Assembly (NCBI GenBank): GCA_002633005.1
Contig: NMRA01000135.1
Location: 247,115 to 311,114 of the forward strand
DNA from: Phoronis australis
Taxonomy: Eukaryota > Animalia > Phoronida
Reading direction: 5' to 3'
DNA length: 64,000 nucleotides
Below, piece by piece: positions 63,202-64,000 of the stretch (within the stretch, counting starts at the first letter, position 1; every line of letters begins with the position of its first letter). Position numbers and translations under genes: made by a program. The notes beneath the pieces were generated by a model, which was given only the letters and a program-made list of their open reading frames with translations, ran no database searches and was not told the origin of the DNA.

Positions 63202-63367
63202 CTGTGCAATGGAATATACCTTAGTTGTTAATAAAATGTTTTGGTTCAAACTTAAGTGAAAAGTACTTCTTTTTCTCCAGCCAAGATGCAAACTGCCATC
63301 AGAAATCAACAAAAAAGGCATTCTGAATAAACTATGAACAGAAATTGTGTGAAGACTTTATAAATCA

Positions 63368-63368
<1 letters not shown>

Positions 63369-63415
<47 letters not shown>

Positions 63416-63462
63416 TATTACTATAATCATTATTATTATTACTATTATTTTTATCATTATCA
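63369..63462. repeat. (ATT)n microsatellite
   Basis: Seen directly. Confidence 0.95.
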
Positions 63463-64000
63463 CTACAATTGATGTTCTACATCTATCATTAAATAGCTGG
63501 CAGGGAGCTCCCAGGAAGAACAGTGGTGTAACAGGTTACACTACAAAAGATATTATTTGTAACCAAATAAAACTATCACAAGTTACACATTGTGTTAAGA
63601 ATGCTAACATATCCGTGGATGCAATAACTTGTGCATGGTTTCAGTGACACATTTCAAAGACAAAACTGGAGACAGTGAGCATGCAGTGTGACTCAAAATC
63701 ACTACGTAAGACCCAAAATCTGACTATATTCTTGGTAACGAATCTTTTCAAGTCGGGAAATACAGTGAACGTGTCACCAAGATAACAGAATGTGGATTTT
63801 ATATAATTCTGTGAACATAAGGAAATGAAATCTTGTACCAAATAGTGATAAATTAACAGGACGTATATCAGCTACAAATACAAAGGTCAGCAAATAAACG
63901 TTACTTTCTTGATGGTGGTAGTCCGTCAGTGATGACCCTAAAGCCGCTTTTACACGAGTGACAGTTGTCACAGTGTCAGTTGCCATGGCGCAACTTGCTC

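Noticed and set aside
63345-63647. Poly-isoleucine ORF
   Set aside because: Translation of an (ATT)n microsatellite.

Overview
AT-rich, intron-containing animal (invertebrate-type) genomic DNA from a gapped, apparently heterozygous scaffold assembly; not prokaryotic, with no CRISPR, rRNA or intact tRNA seen. By reading splice sites and phases by hand I could rebuild three protein-coding genes: (1) a 14-exon S9C-type serine peptidase on the minus strand (31149->13567, about 721 aa) with an extra first exon encoding a type II membrane anchor; (2) a 4-exon MFSD4/NaGLT1-like MFS transporter on the minus strand (52890->44503, 483 aa); (3) a single-exon class A GPCR on the plus strand (55368-56339). 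Possible terminal exons of a fourth gene lie at the right edge. The rest is transposon-derived: Gypsy integrase and LINE remnants, several MITE families, minisatellites, and haplotype duplications at contig joins. The most unusual object is a Hero/R2-group non-LTR retrotransposon (39381-42093) bracketed by 104-bp direct repeats. These repeats belong to the element itself, because removing the whole unit restores the reading frame of the older LINE it interrupted with no target-site duplication. It also has a hammerhead-like motif in its 5' UTR and a pseudoknot-like fold in its 3' UTR. All family assignments come from motif recognition, not database searches.
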